DNA of 64,000 nt from an uncultured Acidimicrobiaceae bacterium (GTDB lineage: Bacteria > Actinomycetota > Acidimicrobiia > Acidimicrobiales > UBA8190), in NCBI GenBank assembly GCA_963793645.1, contig CAWCAW010000004.1:293793-357792 (forward strand), read 5' to 3'. The notes beneath the pieces were generated by a model, which worked only from the letters and a program-made list of their open reading frames with translations, was not told the origin of the DNA and ran no database searches. The position numbers were made by a program, and so were the translations under genes. Shown here one piece after another: positions 10,104-18,975 of the stretch; position 1 is the stretch's first letter; every line of letters starts with the position of its first letter.

Positions 10104-10784
10104 CTAGTTGTCCGTGATGGTGCTCTTGGCCGAGTCGATGGTGAGACTGGTGATGGGGGCATCAGACCCGCCTTCGCACGCCACCAGCTCGCTCGACGTC
10201 GTCGTGTCGTACGTGGTGGTGGTCGACACACTGCCGGCGTAGGAGCCCGTGCTGGTGCCGATGCCCGTTGAGCCGATATACGGAGGGTATTGCGAGAGGT
10301 CCTCGGTGAGATGCGATACCGAACCCTTGGTGGGCTTGATCTTCGTGTTCCACTTGGTGGTGCTACTCAGGGTCACCGTCGACAGCTCGCTGCCGAAGTC
10401 AGAGCAACTGCCTGTCATCAAGGGCTTGCCGTTGTGGCACGACACGTCGTAGTACGCCTTGGTGGGATTGGTGCTTTGGCACGCCACACCCTTGAGCTTG
10501 ACGGTCTTGGTCTTCGACGTCGTGGACGCCGTCGGTGCCGGGGACGGAACGGAATTATGCGAAGTGCAGCTTGAGAACGATAGGGCGACGGTGACGACCT
10601 CTTTGCCACCCACGCTGCCGTTGTAACTGAGCGGCGTGCCGAAAGATATCGACCCCCCTACCGCGCAGGTAAGGCTGCCCGTGGCGGTCGGTGTTGATGC
10701 GAAGGCAGACCCCGCCGTCACTGTCACGCTAGCCAGAGGAATGGCGATCATGGCCACCGCCATCAGGCGCTTCCTATTACGCAT
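10104..10784 (-). CDS. secreted Ser/Thr-rich, Cys-containing protein of unknown function
   Basis: Signal peptide MRNRKRLMAVAMIAIPLASVTVTAGSAFAS. The mature part is rich in S/T/G/K with six Cys. Start taken at the internal ATG 10784 that precedes the signal peptide. Confidence 0.6.
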   Translation of the reverse strand: MRNRKRLMAVAMIAIPLASVTVTAGSAFASTPTATGSLTCAVGGSISFGTPLSYNGSVGGKEVVTVALSFSSCTSHNSVPSPAPTASTTSKTKTVKLKGVACQSTNPTKAYYDVSCHNGKPLMTGSCSDFGSELSTVTLSSTTKWNTKIKPTKGSVSHLTEDLSQYPPYIGSTGIGTSTGSYAGSVSTTTTYDTTTSSELVACEGGSDAPITSLTIDSAKSTITDN

Positions 10785-10946
10785 GTGCCCCCCCTTGAAT
10801 GTCCCCTTCCGACATTCTGCCAACAACTCGTCCCGACTTCTTCCCCAAATGTGACGACGGTTTGGCAGACCCGATCGTCATTCGACATCGAGCCCTTTAC
10901 GTAGCGACACCGCCACGTACCGCAATGCCTGACGTAGGCCGCTGAC

Positions 10947-11762
10947 TCAATGAGAGCGGCCGCGCATCGTCTTTTGATACAAAATGGGGGCCAGGCTGCG
11001 GCTTATGGGAGCCAGCACCGGCAACATGGCCGCATTGATCTCCATGCGGGGCCCGCCCATGCGTTCGAGAACGAGGGCGGCCACCTCTTCCTCGCTCCGG
11101 CGCACCGCTTTGGGTGGCAGCTTTCCCCCGTCTTCGATGCCCGACAGCCCCATTGCCGTCGGCACCCAGGCGGGGTACAGGACATGGACGTGGACGCCAC
11201 GATCGGCCACCTCGTGGGCCACGCTCTCAGTGAAGGCCGACACGGCCGCCTTGGAGGCCGCGTAGGCGCCGTGGCGCGGCTCAGGCGCGCGTGCTGAGTC
11301 CGACGAGACGTTGACCACGATGCCGGACCGTCGCTCCAACATGGCGGGCAGAACGGCAAGGGTGCCTGTGACCACGCCGAAGACGTTGACATCGAAGATG
11401 TGGCGGAACCCGTCGGAAAGCCCGTCCTCCACCGGAGTCAGTTGCTCAGTTCCGGCATTGTTGACGAGGACGTCGATCCGGCCGTGCTCCGACGCGATGT
11501 CGCCCAGTACGCCTCGAAACGCGTCGGCGTCGCCGACGTCACAGACCCGGGTGGAGCTCGTCGCCGTCGACTCCTTGAGTTGCTCCTGGAGCACGGCCAG
11601 CAAGTCGGCGCGCCGGGCCAGCCCCACCACCACGGCGCCGCGTTTAGCCAGATCCACCGCCAGCCGTCGGCCGATTCCCGATGACGCCCCGGTCACCACG
11701 GCAATGGTCTCGTCGTAGCGCTTCGGGGCTGTGCGGGGAGTTCGTCTCACGGCGCGGAGCAT
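10947..11762 (-). CDS. short-chain dehydrogenase/reductase (SDR)
   Basis: ...IAVVTGASSGIGRRLA...NNAG...YAASKAAVSAF... (TGxxxGxG, NNAG and YxxxK motifs). Start trimmed to ATG 11762; the upstream part of the track ORF is Arg/Trp-rich and non-coding-like. Confidence 0.85.
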   Translation of the reverse strand: MLRAVRRTPRTAPKRYDETIAVVTGASSGIGRRLAVDLAKRGAVVVGLARRADLLAVLQEQLKESTATSSTRVCDVGDADAFRGVLGDIASEHGRIDVLVNNAGTEQLTPVEDGLSDGFRHIFDVNVFGVVTGTLAVLPAMLERRSGIVVNVSSDSARAPEPRHGAYAASKAAVSAFTESVAHEVADRGVHVHVLYPAWVPTAMGLSGIEDGGKLPPKAVRRSEEEVAALVLERMGGPRMEINAAMLPVLAPISRSLAPILYQKTMRGRSH

Positions 11763-11904
11763 AGGTCGAGGTGCTCGGCGGCAACCTGGGCGGCTACCTG
11801 GGCGGCCACCTGAGAGCCACCAGAGGTACCAGCCGCGCCGGACGCTTCGAAGCCGATCACCGCCGTGGTTCGGAGGCCTGCTCAGGGCGTGGTCCAATGA
11901 TGGG

Positions 11905-13503
11905 GTGATCACCGGTCAGGACATCAGCCTCGAGATAGGCAGCCGCTCCCTCGTCCGTGACGGGTCGTTCCTCATCGGCAATGCCGACAAAGTCGGCCTG
12001 GTGGGCCGAAACGGGACCGGGAAGTCGTCGCTCATCGCGTTCATCCTCGGTCAGACCCCGTCCCACGTGCGTATGTCGGGGGAGGTCAGGATCGAGGGCA
12101 CCATCGGCTACCTCCCCCAAGTTCCCGTGCCCGGGGGGCTCGGGATCGACGCCAGCGCCCTCTCCCATGTGCTGTCGGCGCGGGGCCTCGACGACCTCGA
12201 CGACCGCTTGCACAAGGCCCAGGCGGCCATGGCCAAAGACCCCACCGACGACCACATCCATGAGTACACCGACCTCGAGGAGCGCTATCGCCACGCCGGC
12301 GGCTACGAGATGGAGGGGAAGATCGCTCGCCTGGCCGACGGCCTCGGGCTTCCCCAAAGCCTGCTCCTCGAAGACATCTCGTCGCTGTCGGGAGGCCAGC
12401 GCCGGCGCGTCGACCTCATGCGGGTCCTGTTCCAGGTGCCCGACACCATGGTCCTCGACGAGCCCACCAACCATCTTGACCTGGCGGCCAAGGGGTGGCT
12501 GATCGACGAGTTGCGTTCCCTGTCCGGCAGCCTTTTGGTGGTCAGCCATGACTTGCGCCTCCTCGATGAGGCCATTACCAAGGTGCTCTACCTGTCCGAG
12601 GCCCGGCTGACGCAATTCAAGGGCACGTACACGAGCTTCCGGGCCCAACTGCAGACCGACATCTCTCAGCGCGAGAAGGCCTCTTCCATGGAAGACGCCC
12701 AGATCCAAAAGATGCGCGGCCTGGCCGACAAGTGGCGCCACAGTTCCGAGGCCCAAGCCCGCAAGGCGAAGATCCTCGACCGCAAGGTGGTCAAGATGCA
12801 AGGCCAGCGCACCGAGGTCATCAAGCGTGACCGCAAGGTCAGCTTTCGTTTGCCCGACCCGCTGCGCTCGGGAGCGGTTCCCCTCGCCGTGCACCACATC
12901 GGTGTCCGCTACGAACGGCATCAGGTTCTCTCCGACATCGACTTCACTGTTGAGCGCGGTGAGCGCATCGTGGTGGTGGGGCGCAACGGCGCCGGCAAGT
13001 CCTCCTTGTTGCGCTGCCTGGCCGGCGTGCAAGAACCGTCAGCCGGATCGGTGGAGATCGGCTACCAGGCCGCCATCGGCTACTTCGCCCAAGAGCACGA
13101 GCAGATCGACCCCAGCCAGAGCGTGCTGGACAACATCGACGATGCGGTGCTCATCAAAGAAGCGGACCGCCGCAAGTTGCTCGGCTCCTTCGGGCTCAGC
13201 GGAGGGACCGCCGCGCAACTCCCGGGATCTCTCTCCGGTGGGGAGCGGGCCCGCCTCAGCCTGGCCATGCTGGCCGCCGGCCAGGCCAACCTCCTCGTCC
13301 TCGACGAACCGACCAACAACTTGGACCCCGCCTCGGTGGAGGCAGTGGGAGCGATGCTCGCCGCATGGTCGGGCACCATCGTGGCCGTGAGCCACGACCG
13401 TCCGTTCGTCGAGGCGTTGGCGCCCACCCACGCCTTGCACCTTCCCAGTGAGCGCTACTCCTTTTGGCGTGAGGAATATCTCGACGACGTCGAGATGCGC
13501 TGA
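11905..13503 (+). CDS. ABC-F family ATPase (two NBDs, no TM domain)
   Basis: Two Walker A motifs (GRNGTGKSS, GRNGAGKSS) and two signature motifs (LSGGQRRRV, LSGGERARL), separated by a charged linker. Start proposed at in-frame GTG 11905 (VITGQDISLE...). Confidence 0.9.
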   Translation: MITGQDISLEIGSRSLVRDGSFLIGNADKVGLVGRNGTGKSSLIAFILGQTPSHVRMSGEVRIEGTIGYLPQVPVPGGLGIDASALSHVLSARGLDDLDDRLHKAQAAMAKDPTDDHIHEYTDLEERYRHAGGYEMEGKIARLADGLGLPQSLLLEDISSLSGGQRRRVDLMRVLFQVPDTMVLDEPTNHLDLAAKGWLIDELRSLSGSLLVVSHDLRLLDEAITKVLYLSEARLTQFKGTYTSFRAQLQTDISQREKASSMEDAQIQKMRGLADKWRHSSEAQARKAKILDRKVVKMQGQRTEVIKRDRKVSFRLPDPLRSGAVPLAVHHIGVRYERHQVLSDIDFTVERGERIVVVGRNGAGKSSLLRCLAGVQEPSAGSVEIGYQAAIGYFAQEHEQIDPSQSVLDNIDDAVLIKEADRRKLLGSFGLSGGTAAQLPGSLSGGERARLSLAMLAAGQANLLVLDEPTNNLDPASVEAVGAMLAAWSGTIVAVSHDRPFVEALAPTHALHLPSERYSFWREEYLDDVEMR

Positions 13504-13520
13504 GCGCACCACTCCCTGCG

Positions 13521-13625
13521 CCCACGCGTCACGCCCCACGCGTCACGCCCCACGCGTCACGCCCCACGCGTCACGCCCCACGCGTCACGCGTCACGCGTC
13601 ACGCGTCACGCGTCACGCGTCACAC
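13521..13625. repeat. heptad-periodic tandem repeat: (CCCACGC GTCACGC)x5 then (GTCACGC)x4 and GTCACAC
   Basis: Read directly from the sequence. Fifteen consecutive 7-nt units fill most of the 130-nt gap between the convergent stops at 13503 and 13634. Confidence 0.95.
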
Positions 13626-13633
13626 CCCCATCT

Positions 13634-15742
13634 TCACCCGGGCGCCTCACTCCCGCTCAGCTCCACGGTGACGGCTCTGGTGCCGGGCGCCAACGTCACC
13701 GTCCCGGTCGCCTCGTCGATTGTTCCCGCCGATGTGGTGGCGATGGCATTCACGAATGATGGCAGCTCGAAAAGGACGGGCCCCGAAGGCAACCGACCGC
13801 TCAACGCCAGGGCGACCGAGTGCCCGGTGGAGGTGATGCGCAGGCTCAGGCGGCGGCCGTCGGTGGACGGGAAGTTGGTCACCGCCACAGACGAGGCATC
13901 GGCCACCCATGAGGAGGGCACGCCGCGTCCGACGATCAGCGCGCCATCTGATGACTGGGCGACCAAGGAGTCCAACAAGACCTTGTTGGCTTGCGACATT
14001 CCCCATGCATGGGGCGAGGCACCCTGGCCCGCGGTCGGATGCTCCCCCACCCACGGGGTGCTTGCCGACGGGGCCGAGGAACTCTCCCACCACGAATACG
14101 GTCCGCTTTGGGTGTTGGCGATCATGAACTCGTAGCTGAGAATGCCCTGGTCCCGGTAGTCATTGCCGGCCAGAGCGGCGTTCGCGTCCCCGGCGTTGTA
14201 CCCGCTCGAGTAGTAGTCGCCCGGGAAGCCGCCAAAGGTGTTGGCGGGAAGGATGCCCTGGAGCCGCCCGAAACCGTAGGCATAGGTGGCATCGACCAAA
14301 GAGATGCCCGGACCGCTTTGGGCCGCCGCCAACAGCGAGCCGTCCCAGGCCCACCGTGCGAAAGGTGAGGTCCAGTTGGCGTCCTCGGGATTCGCACACC
14401 GATCGGCCGTATTGGGTTCGAGCATGGAACACGGCAAGTAGTTCAAGTCGTAATGACTGATGGTGGCATGAAGGGTCTGATTGGTCGCTGCCAACAAACT
14501 GGCGTATTGCTGGGTGGCCCAGGTGACCTCCGAGGTGTCGCCGATGGTCTTGGCGATGTAGATGTACGCGGCGAGTCCCAGCAACGCCTCGTAATCATCG
14601 GTGGTCCAATAGCCGTTGGTGTCGATGTCGTCGGTTGACTCCATGATCCCCGCCGGTCCGGTCCGATCGGCGGCGATGTCGTGGGCGGCTTCTTCGATAC
14701 TTGGTTGCGAGGAGCCCATCGGCCCCTGTGCCGTGAAGTTCTGCTTGACGAACGCCACGTCACCGGTCTTCATCAAGTAGACGGCCCACGGCCACGGGTA
14801 CGTCCATACGCCATCGACATATTGCAGCGGAGCATCCACGACGTTGCGCGCCTCGAGGAGCAACCCATGGGCGTCGCTGAAGTATCCCTGGGTGAAGAGA
14901 TTGACGAGAATCCCGATCACATCGTGGCTGTACTCGTATTGGTAGCCGTTGACACCGGAGTGCAGCTCGTCGCCGCTGCGGGCGATCTGGGTATAAATGA
15001 AGCCGCTGCGATAGGCATCCTTGAGCGCCACATCGGGCACGCTGATCTGAGTGATAGAGGCCAACTGGTGGTTCCAGAACGCTCGCATGTGCGCGAAGTG
15101 TTCTTTGAAGCCCCCCGCGCCCGCCAATGCCGTGGCGCTCGGCCACGGGTAGTCGTTGCCGAAACGGTCCACGGCCACCACATAATCGTGGTCGACCGAC
15201 CGATGTGCTTTGACAGCATTGGGGGCCTGGTCGAGCGGTATCAGCGCACCTGAGGCATCGGGGTTCGCCTCGACCAGGTGACTCGTGGTGTTGTCCACCG
15301 CCACGCGGGCATAGAGCGCCACATAGTCGTCTCCGCCGATCACGATCTTGTCGGCGAACTCGGTGATGGCGACGGTGGCCCCGGAATCATGAAAGGTGGT
15401 GATCTGAGCCGGGAGATAGCCGTCGGCGTCGGTCCACGTCGTCGTCGTGCCGTTGTAAAGGCCGAAGCCGTAATTCCTGTCGATTCCGTTTTGGACATAA
15501 AAGGTCCCGCCCAAACAGGTCACCACGCCTTGGTCGTTCCCCTCCCAACCAATCGCCGAGGCCGTGGCATAGGCGCCGGTAAAGGCTTCCGTACTCGTGT
15601 TGTACGTGCAGTCGTACTGCTTGGCCGGGCCGCCCCCGCTTGGACGGGGAACTGCGCTTGGGCTTCTCGAACAGGCGGACAGGATGGTCCCGATCCCAAG
15701 GAGGCTCAGCGACAAGCAGGCTGCCTTGTGCCAGAGACGCAT
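13634..15742 (-). CDS. secreted lipoprotein, probably an (alpha/alpha)6-type glycoside-hydrolase-like protein (family not identified)
   Basis: Lipobox signal MRLWHKAACLSLSLLGIGTILSAC (start ATG 15742). About 700 aa rich in W/Y/D/N. Segments such as ...GYWTTDDYEALLGLAAYIYIA... and ...ASPHAWGMSQANKVLLDSL... resemble six-hairpin glycosidases. Confidence 0.65.
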   Translation of the reverse strand: MRLWHKAACLSLSLLGIGTILSACSRSPSAVPRPSGGGPAKQYDCTYNTSTEAFTGAYATASAIGWEGNDQGVVTCLGGTFYVQNGIDRNYGFGLYNGTTTTWTDADGYLPAQITTFHDSGATVAITEFADKIVIGGDDYVALYARVAVDNTTSHLVEANPDASGALIPLDQAPNAVKAHRSVDHDYVVAVDRFGNDYPWPSATALAGAGGFKEHFAHMRAFWNHQLASITQISVPDVALKDAYRSGFIYTQIARSGDELHSGVNGYQYEYSHDVIGILVNLFTQGYFSDAHGLLLEARNVVDAPLQYVDGVWTYPWPWAVYLMKTGDVAFVKQNFTAQGPMGSSQPSIEEAAHDIAADRTGPAGIMESTDDIDTNGYWTTDDYEALLGLAAYIYIAKTIGDTSEVTWATQQYASLLAATNQTLHATISHYDLNYLPCSMLEPNTADRCANPEDANWTSPFARWAWDGSLLAAAQSGPGISLVDATYAYGFGRLQGILPANTFGGFPGDYYSSGYNAGDANAALAGNDYRDQGILSYEFMIANTQSGPYSWWESSSAPSASTPWVGEHPTAGQGASPHAWGMSQANKVLLDSLVAQSSDGALIVGRGVPSSWVADASSVAVTNFPSTDGRRLSLRITSTGHSVALALSGRLPSGPVLFELPSFVNAIATTSAGTIDEATGTVTLAPGTRAVTVELSGSEAPG

Positions 15743-15785
15743 CGGGATGATTCTGGCAGCTCGTCGCGGCCCCGGCTGGCCCCGC

Positions 15786-16571
15786 CTACGCAGGCAGGAT
15801 GTAGCGGCGAACGGCGGCGGCAAAGCCTTCGTCGTCGTTGGTGCCTGTCGTCCGACCAGCCGCCTGCTGCACCTGAGGATCGGCGTTCCCCATGGCGATG
15901 CTCAAGCCGGAATGTTCGAACATCAAGATGTCGTTGGGCATGTCTCCGATGGTGGCGATCTCGTCGGTGCTGATGGAGTAGCGCTGGGCCAGGTACTTGG
16001 CCACCGAGCCCTTGTTGGCATCAGGATGGGTGACGTCGAGGTAGTAAGGCTGCGAGGCAGCCGCCGTGACATGATCACCAAACTGCTCGTGTGCGGCTGC
16101 CGCCGCCTTGGACACGGCGTCGTGGTCGTCGCTGACCCCCACGATCTTGGCGACACCGTCGGTCAGTCCATCGAAGCTCGTCATGACTTTGGGTGAGAAC
16201 TTGACGGTCCATGCCTCGCGATCCACGTGGGGTCCATTTGGGTCCGGCACGTACCAGTCGGCGCCACGGTAGATCCACACAGTGAGGTCGAACGAGCTCA
16301 TCAAGGTGGCGATGGGACGCACCAGGTCCTCGGGCACCACCTTCTGATCGAGGATATGCATGTCCCGGTCAACGATCACTCCCCCGTTGAACCCGGCGAT
16401 GGGCGTCTGAAGATCGAGGGGCTCGAAAAGCATGGCCATACCTGCCGGCGGGCGCCCACTCGTGATGGCGAAAAGGATGTTGGCTTGGTGCAGGCGACGC
16501 ACGGCGTCGATGGCATCGTCGGTCAGCACCTTCTCCGAAGTCACCAAGGTGCCGTCGACATCGGCGAGCAT
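15786..16571 (-). CDS. Cof-type HAD-IIB phosphatase
   Basis: MLADVDGTLV (DxDGT motif I) ...ITSGRP... (motif II) ...GDMPNDILMF... (motif IV). Confidence 0.85.
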   Translation of the reverse strand: MLADVDGTLVTSEKVLTDDAIDAVRRLHQANILFAITSGRPPAGMAMLFEPLDLQTPIAGFNGGVIVDRDMHILDQKVVPEDLVRPIATLMSSFDLTVWIYRGADWYVPDPNGPHVDREAWTVKFSPKVMTSFDGLTDGVAKIVGVSDDHDAVSKAAAAAHEQFGDHVTAAASQPYYLDVTHPDANKGSVAKYLAQRYSISTDEIATIGDMPNDILMFEHSGLSIAMGNADPQVQQAAGRTTGTNDDEGFAAAVRRYILPA

Positions 16572-16592
16572 GAGCCGAATTGGCGACGACGT

Positions 16593-16725
16593 GTCACCTG
16601 ATGACGCGCTGTCGCCTGGTGACGCGCTGTCGCCTGATGACGCGCTTGTCGCCTGGTGACGCGCTCGTCGCCTGATGACGCGCTGTCGCCTGGTGACGCG
16701 GTGTGGCTGGGTGACGCCGTGTCGC
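16593..16725. repeat. tandem repeat, about 7 copies of an 18-19 nt unit GTCGCCTG(A/G)TGACGCGCT
   Basis: Read directly from the sequence. A and G alternate at unit position 9, giving a 36-37 nt super-period. The last two units are degenerate. The array fills the 162-nt gap between the zwf stop (16734) and the HAD start (16571). Confidence 0.9.
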
Positions 16726-16733
16726 CGGCCATC

Positions 16734-18203
16734 TCAATCCTTGGCGGGAAGGTGCCAGCGATACGGTGCTGTGACGCGCCCGATCGACGCCGGTCCCCAC
16801 GATCCCGGTGCATAGGGCTCGATGGGGGTGGGATGCTCCAACAACGGGGCGGAAACCTCCCACAGCCGCTCTACGGCCGCTGCGCTCGTGAACAAGGACT
16901 GGTCGTCCAACATGGCATCGTGCAAAAGGCGTTCGTAGCCTTCGAGGTCATGGGCGACATTGAAGGAGTCCTGGTAGCGAAAGACCATCTTGGCCTGTCC
17001 CAGCCGCATATCCGGGCCGGGTTCCTTGGCCAAGAAGCTCGCCGAGATTGATCCCGGATCGCTGAAATCGATCGTGATCTCGTTGTGTCGAGCCATTGAC
17101 GTCGAATGGGCGTGCACGGGGAACATCCGCAGCGTCGTCTCGCGAAAGCCAATGGTGATCGTCTGACGGCCGGCCGCCAGAGCCTTGCCGGTGCGCAAGC
17201 AGAACGGGACGCCGGCCCAGCGCCAGTTCTCCACCTCGGCCCGAAGTGCCACAAAGGTCTCCGTACTCGAATTGGCAGCTACTCCGGGTTGGGCCAGGTA
17301 CCCGTCATATTGGCCGCGCACCACGTGGGTGAGATCCACAGGTGCCATGGCGTCGAAGACTTTTTCCTTCTCATCTCGCAGCGACTTGGCGGACAAGGTG
17401 GTCGGAGGTTCCATGGCCACGAAACCGAGCACCTGGAACAGGTGGGTCACCACCATGTCGCGAAAGGCGCCCGTGCCGTCGTAGAACGCGCCGCGCCCTT
17501 CGATGGTCAAGGTCTCGGGCACATCGATCTGGACGTATTCGATGTGCTCCCGGTTCCAGATGGGCTCGAAGAGTCCGTTGGCGAAGCGGAACGCCAAGAT
17601 GTTGTCCACCGACTCCTTGCCCAAGAAGTGATCGATACGAAAGATCCGAGACTCGTCGAACTCCGTGTGAATGGACGCGTCCAGAGCCTGGGCTGACGCC
17701 AGATCGGTGCCGAAAGGCTTTTCGACGATCACCTTGGCCCCCGCCGACAAACCTGACGAGCCGAGCGCTTTGACCACCGACTCGAAGGCCACCGGCGGTA
17801 TGGCCAGATGGAACATGCGTTGGGGCTGGCCGCCGATGGCTTTTTCGGCCCTTTGCACCGCCTCGACCAGTTTCGAGGGGTCGCCGGGATCGGCGGGAGC
17901 AAAGAGCAAGAGCTCCTCAAAGGCGCTCCACGCCTTGGCGGTGGGCTTGATGGAGGCGAATTCGACGACGGCATCGTGGGCGTGCTTCTTGAAACCCTCC
18001 TCCGAAGGAGCCCCGGCCGGGGGTGCCGTACCCACGATGCGAAATCCCTCGGGCAGCAAACCGGCTCGAGCCATGTGGAACAAGCCGGGGAGCAACTTGC
18101 GCTTGGCCAGGTCTCCAGTGGCGCCGAAGAGGACGAGCACGTGGTTGGGGGGCACACGGCTGGGCCGGCGCGCCGCGGAGCGCGGGGGCGAACTCGTGCT
18201 CAT
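16734..18203 (-). CDS. zwf: glucose-6-phosphate 1-dehydrogenase
   Basis: ...LVLFGATGDLAKRKLLPGLF... (NADP site) and the ...RIDHFLGKE... active-site motif. Start trimmed to ATG 18203 (MSTSSPP...). Confidence 0.95.
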   Translation of the reverse strand: MSTSSPPRSAARRPSRVPPNHVLVLFGATGDLAKRKLLPGLFHMARAGLLPEGFRIVGTAPPAGAPSEEGFKKHAHDAVVEFASIKPTAKAWSAFEELLLFAPADPGDPSKLVEAVQRAEKAIGGQPQRMFHLAIPPVAFESVVKALGSSGLSAGAKVIVEKPFGTDLASAQALDASIHTEFDESRIFRIDHFLGKESVDNILAFRFANGLFEPIWNREHIEYVQIDVPETLTIEGRGAFYDGTGAFRDMVVTHLFQVLGFVAMEPPTTLSAKSLRDEKEKVFDAMAPVDLTHVVRGQYDGYLAQPGVAANSSTETFVALRAEVENWRWAGVPFCLRTGKALAAGRQTITIGFRETTLRMFPVHAHSTSMARHNEITIDFSDPGSISASFLAKEPGPDMRLGQAKMVFRYQDSFNVAHDLEGYERLLHDAMLDDQSLFTSAAAVERLWEVSAPLLEHPTPIEPYAPGSWGPASIGRVTAPYRWHLPAKD

Positions 18204-18286
18204 GGTGACCTCACTTTGGGTATTGCCGAAACGATCGCAGGGTTGCGGTTGCGCGCCCTCGACGCTCCGGCCCATTGTGGGGCGCC

Positions 18287-18935
18287 ATGGACGCCCACAT
18301 AGAAGCAGAGATGCAGCTCGCCGCCCAAGCGGCAGCCGAGTTGGTCGAAGACGGCATGACTGTCGGGCTGGGCACGGGGAGAACGGTGACGTTCTTCTTG
18401 TCGGCCCTGGCCGCTCGGGCCTTGTCGTTGCGCTGCGTGGCCACCTCTCCGCGCACCGAGCAGGCCGCCACCGCCCTGGGCCTGCGCGTGGAGCCGTTTT
18501 CCGTGGACCGCCTGGACATCACCGTCGACGGCGCCGACCAGATCAGCCCCGAGGGGTGGTTGGTGAAAGGTGGAGGAGCGGCACACACGCGAGAAGCTCG
18601 TGGCCGTCACCGCCGATCGCTTCGTGGTGATCGCTGATTCCACCAAGCCGGTCCCGGCCCTGCACCCTCCCATCCCCCTGGAGCTCCTGGCCTTCGGCCT
18701 CGAGTCGACGATGGCTCGACTCGGTACTGTCGAGCGGCGCGACGTTCCTCTCAGTCCCGATGGCGGCGTCATCGCCGATTTCACCGGTGCCGTCGGGTCC
18801 CCGGCCGCTCTGGCCGCCATGCTGGACGCGACCCCGGGGGTCATCGAGCATGGCTTGTTCGCAGCCACAATGGTCTCGACGATCTTCGTCGGCCACGACG
18901 GGACGGTGGACCGGACCGACCTGCCCATTGGGTGA
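18287..18935 (+). pseudogene. rpiA: ribose-5-phosphate isomerase A, frame broken inside a CACACA run near 18581-18590
   Basis: ORF 18275..18637 gives ...GMTVGLGTGRTV...DGADQISPEGWLVKGGGAAHTRE, then Arg-rich nonsense. ORF 18570..18935 (+1 frame) gives HTREKLVAVTADRFVVIADSTK...TPGVIEHGLF... E. coli RpiA has the contiguous KGGGAALTREK. Confidence 0.8.
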
Positions 18936-18975
18936 CGGCGGTTCGTCACGACGGCATCGTGATCGTCACGACGGA

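Noticed and set aside
11857-13032. 391-aa minus-strand ORF opposite the ABC-F gene. Similar cases: 19653..20708(+), 42990..43967(-), 47654..48544(-), 34126..35220(-), 59387..60241(-), 61265..62527(+), 35199..36467(+), 572..1411(+)
   Set aside because: All are antisense to, or out of frame with, genes that have clear family signatures. They have skewed Arg/Gly/Pro/His composition. These are stop-poor frames expected in DNA of about 68% GC.
13448-13759. 103-aa ORF through repeat array A (and ORFs 16541..16813, 16594..16863, 16656..17051 through array B)
   Set aside because: Their periodic peptide sequence (HASRVTR...) is simply the translated 7-nt or 18-nt repeat. The 7-nt period is incompatible with selection on a reading frame.
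13521-16725. CRISPR array interpretation of the two repeat arrays
   Set aside because: The units are contiguous with no unique spacers. They are far shorter than CRISPR repeats, and no cas genes are present.
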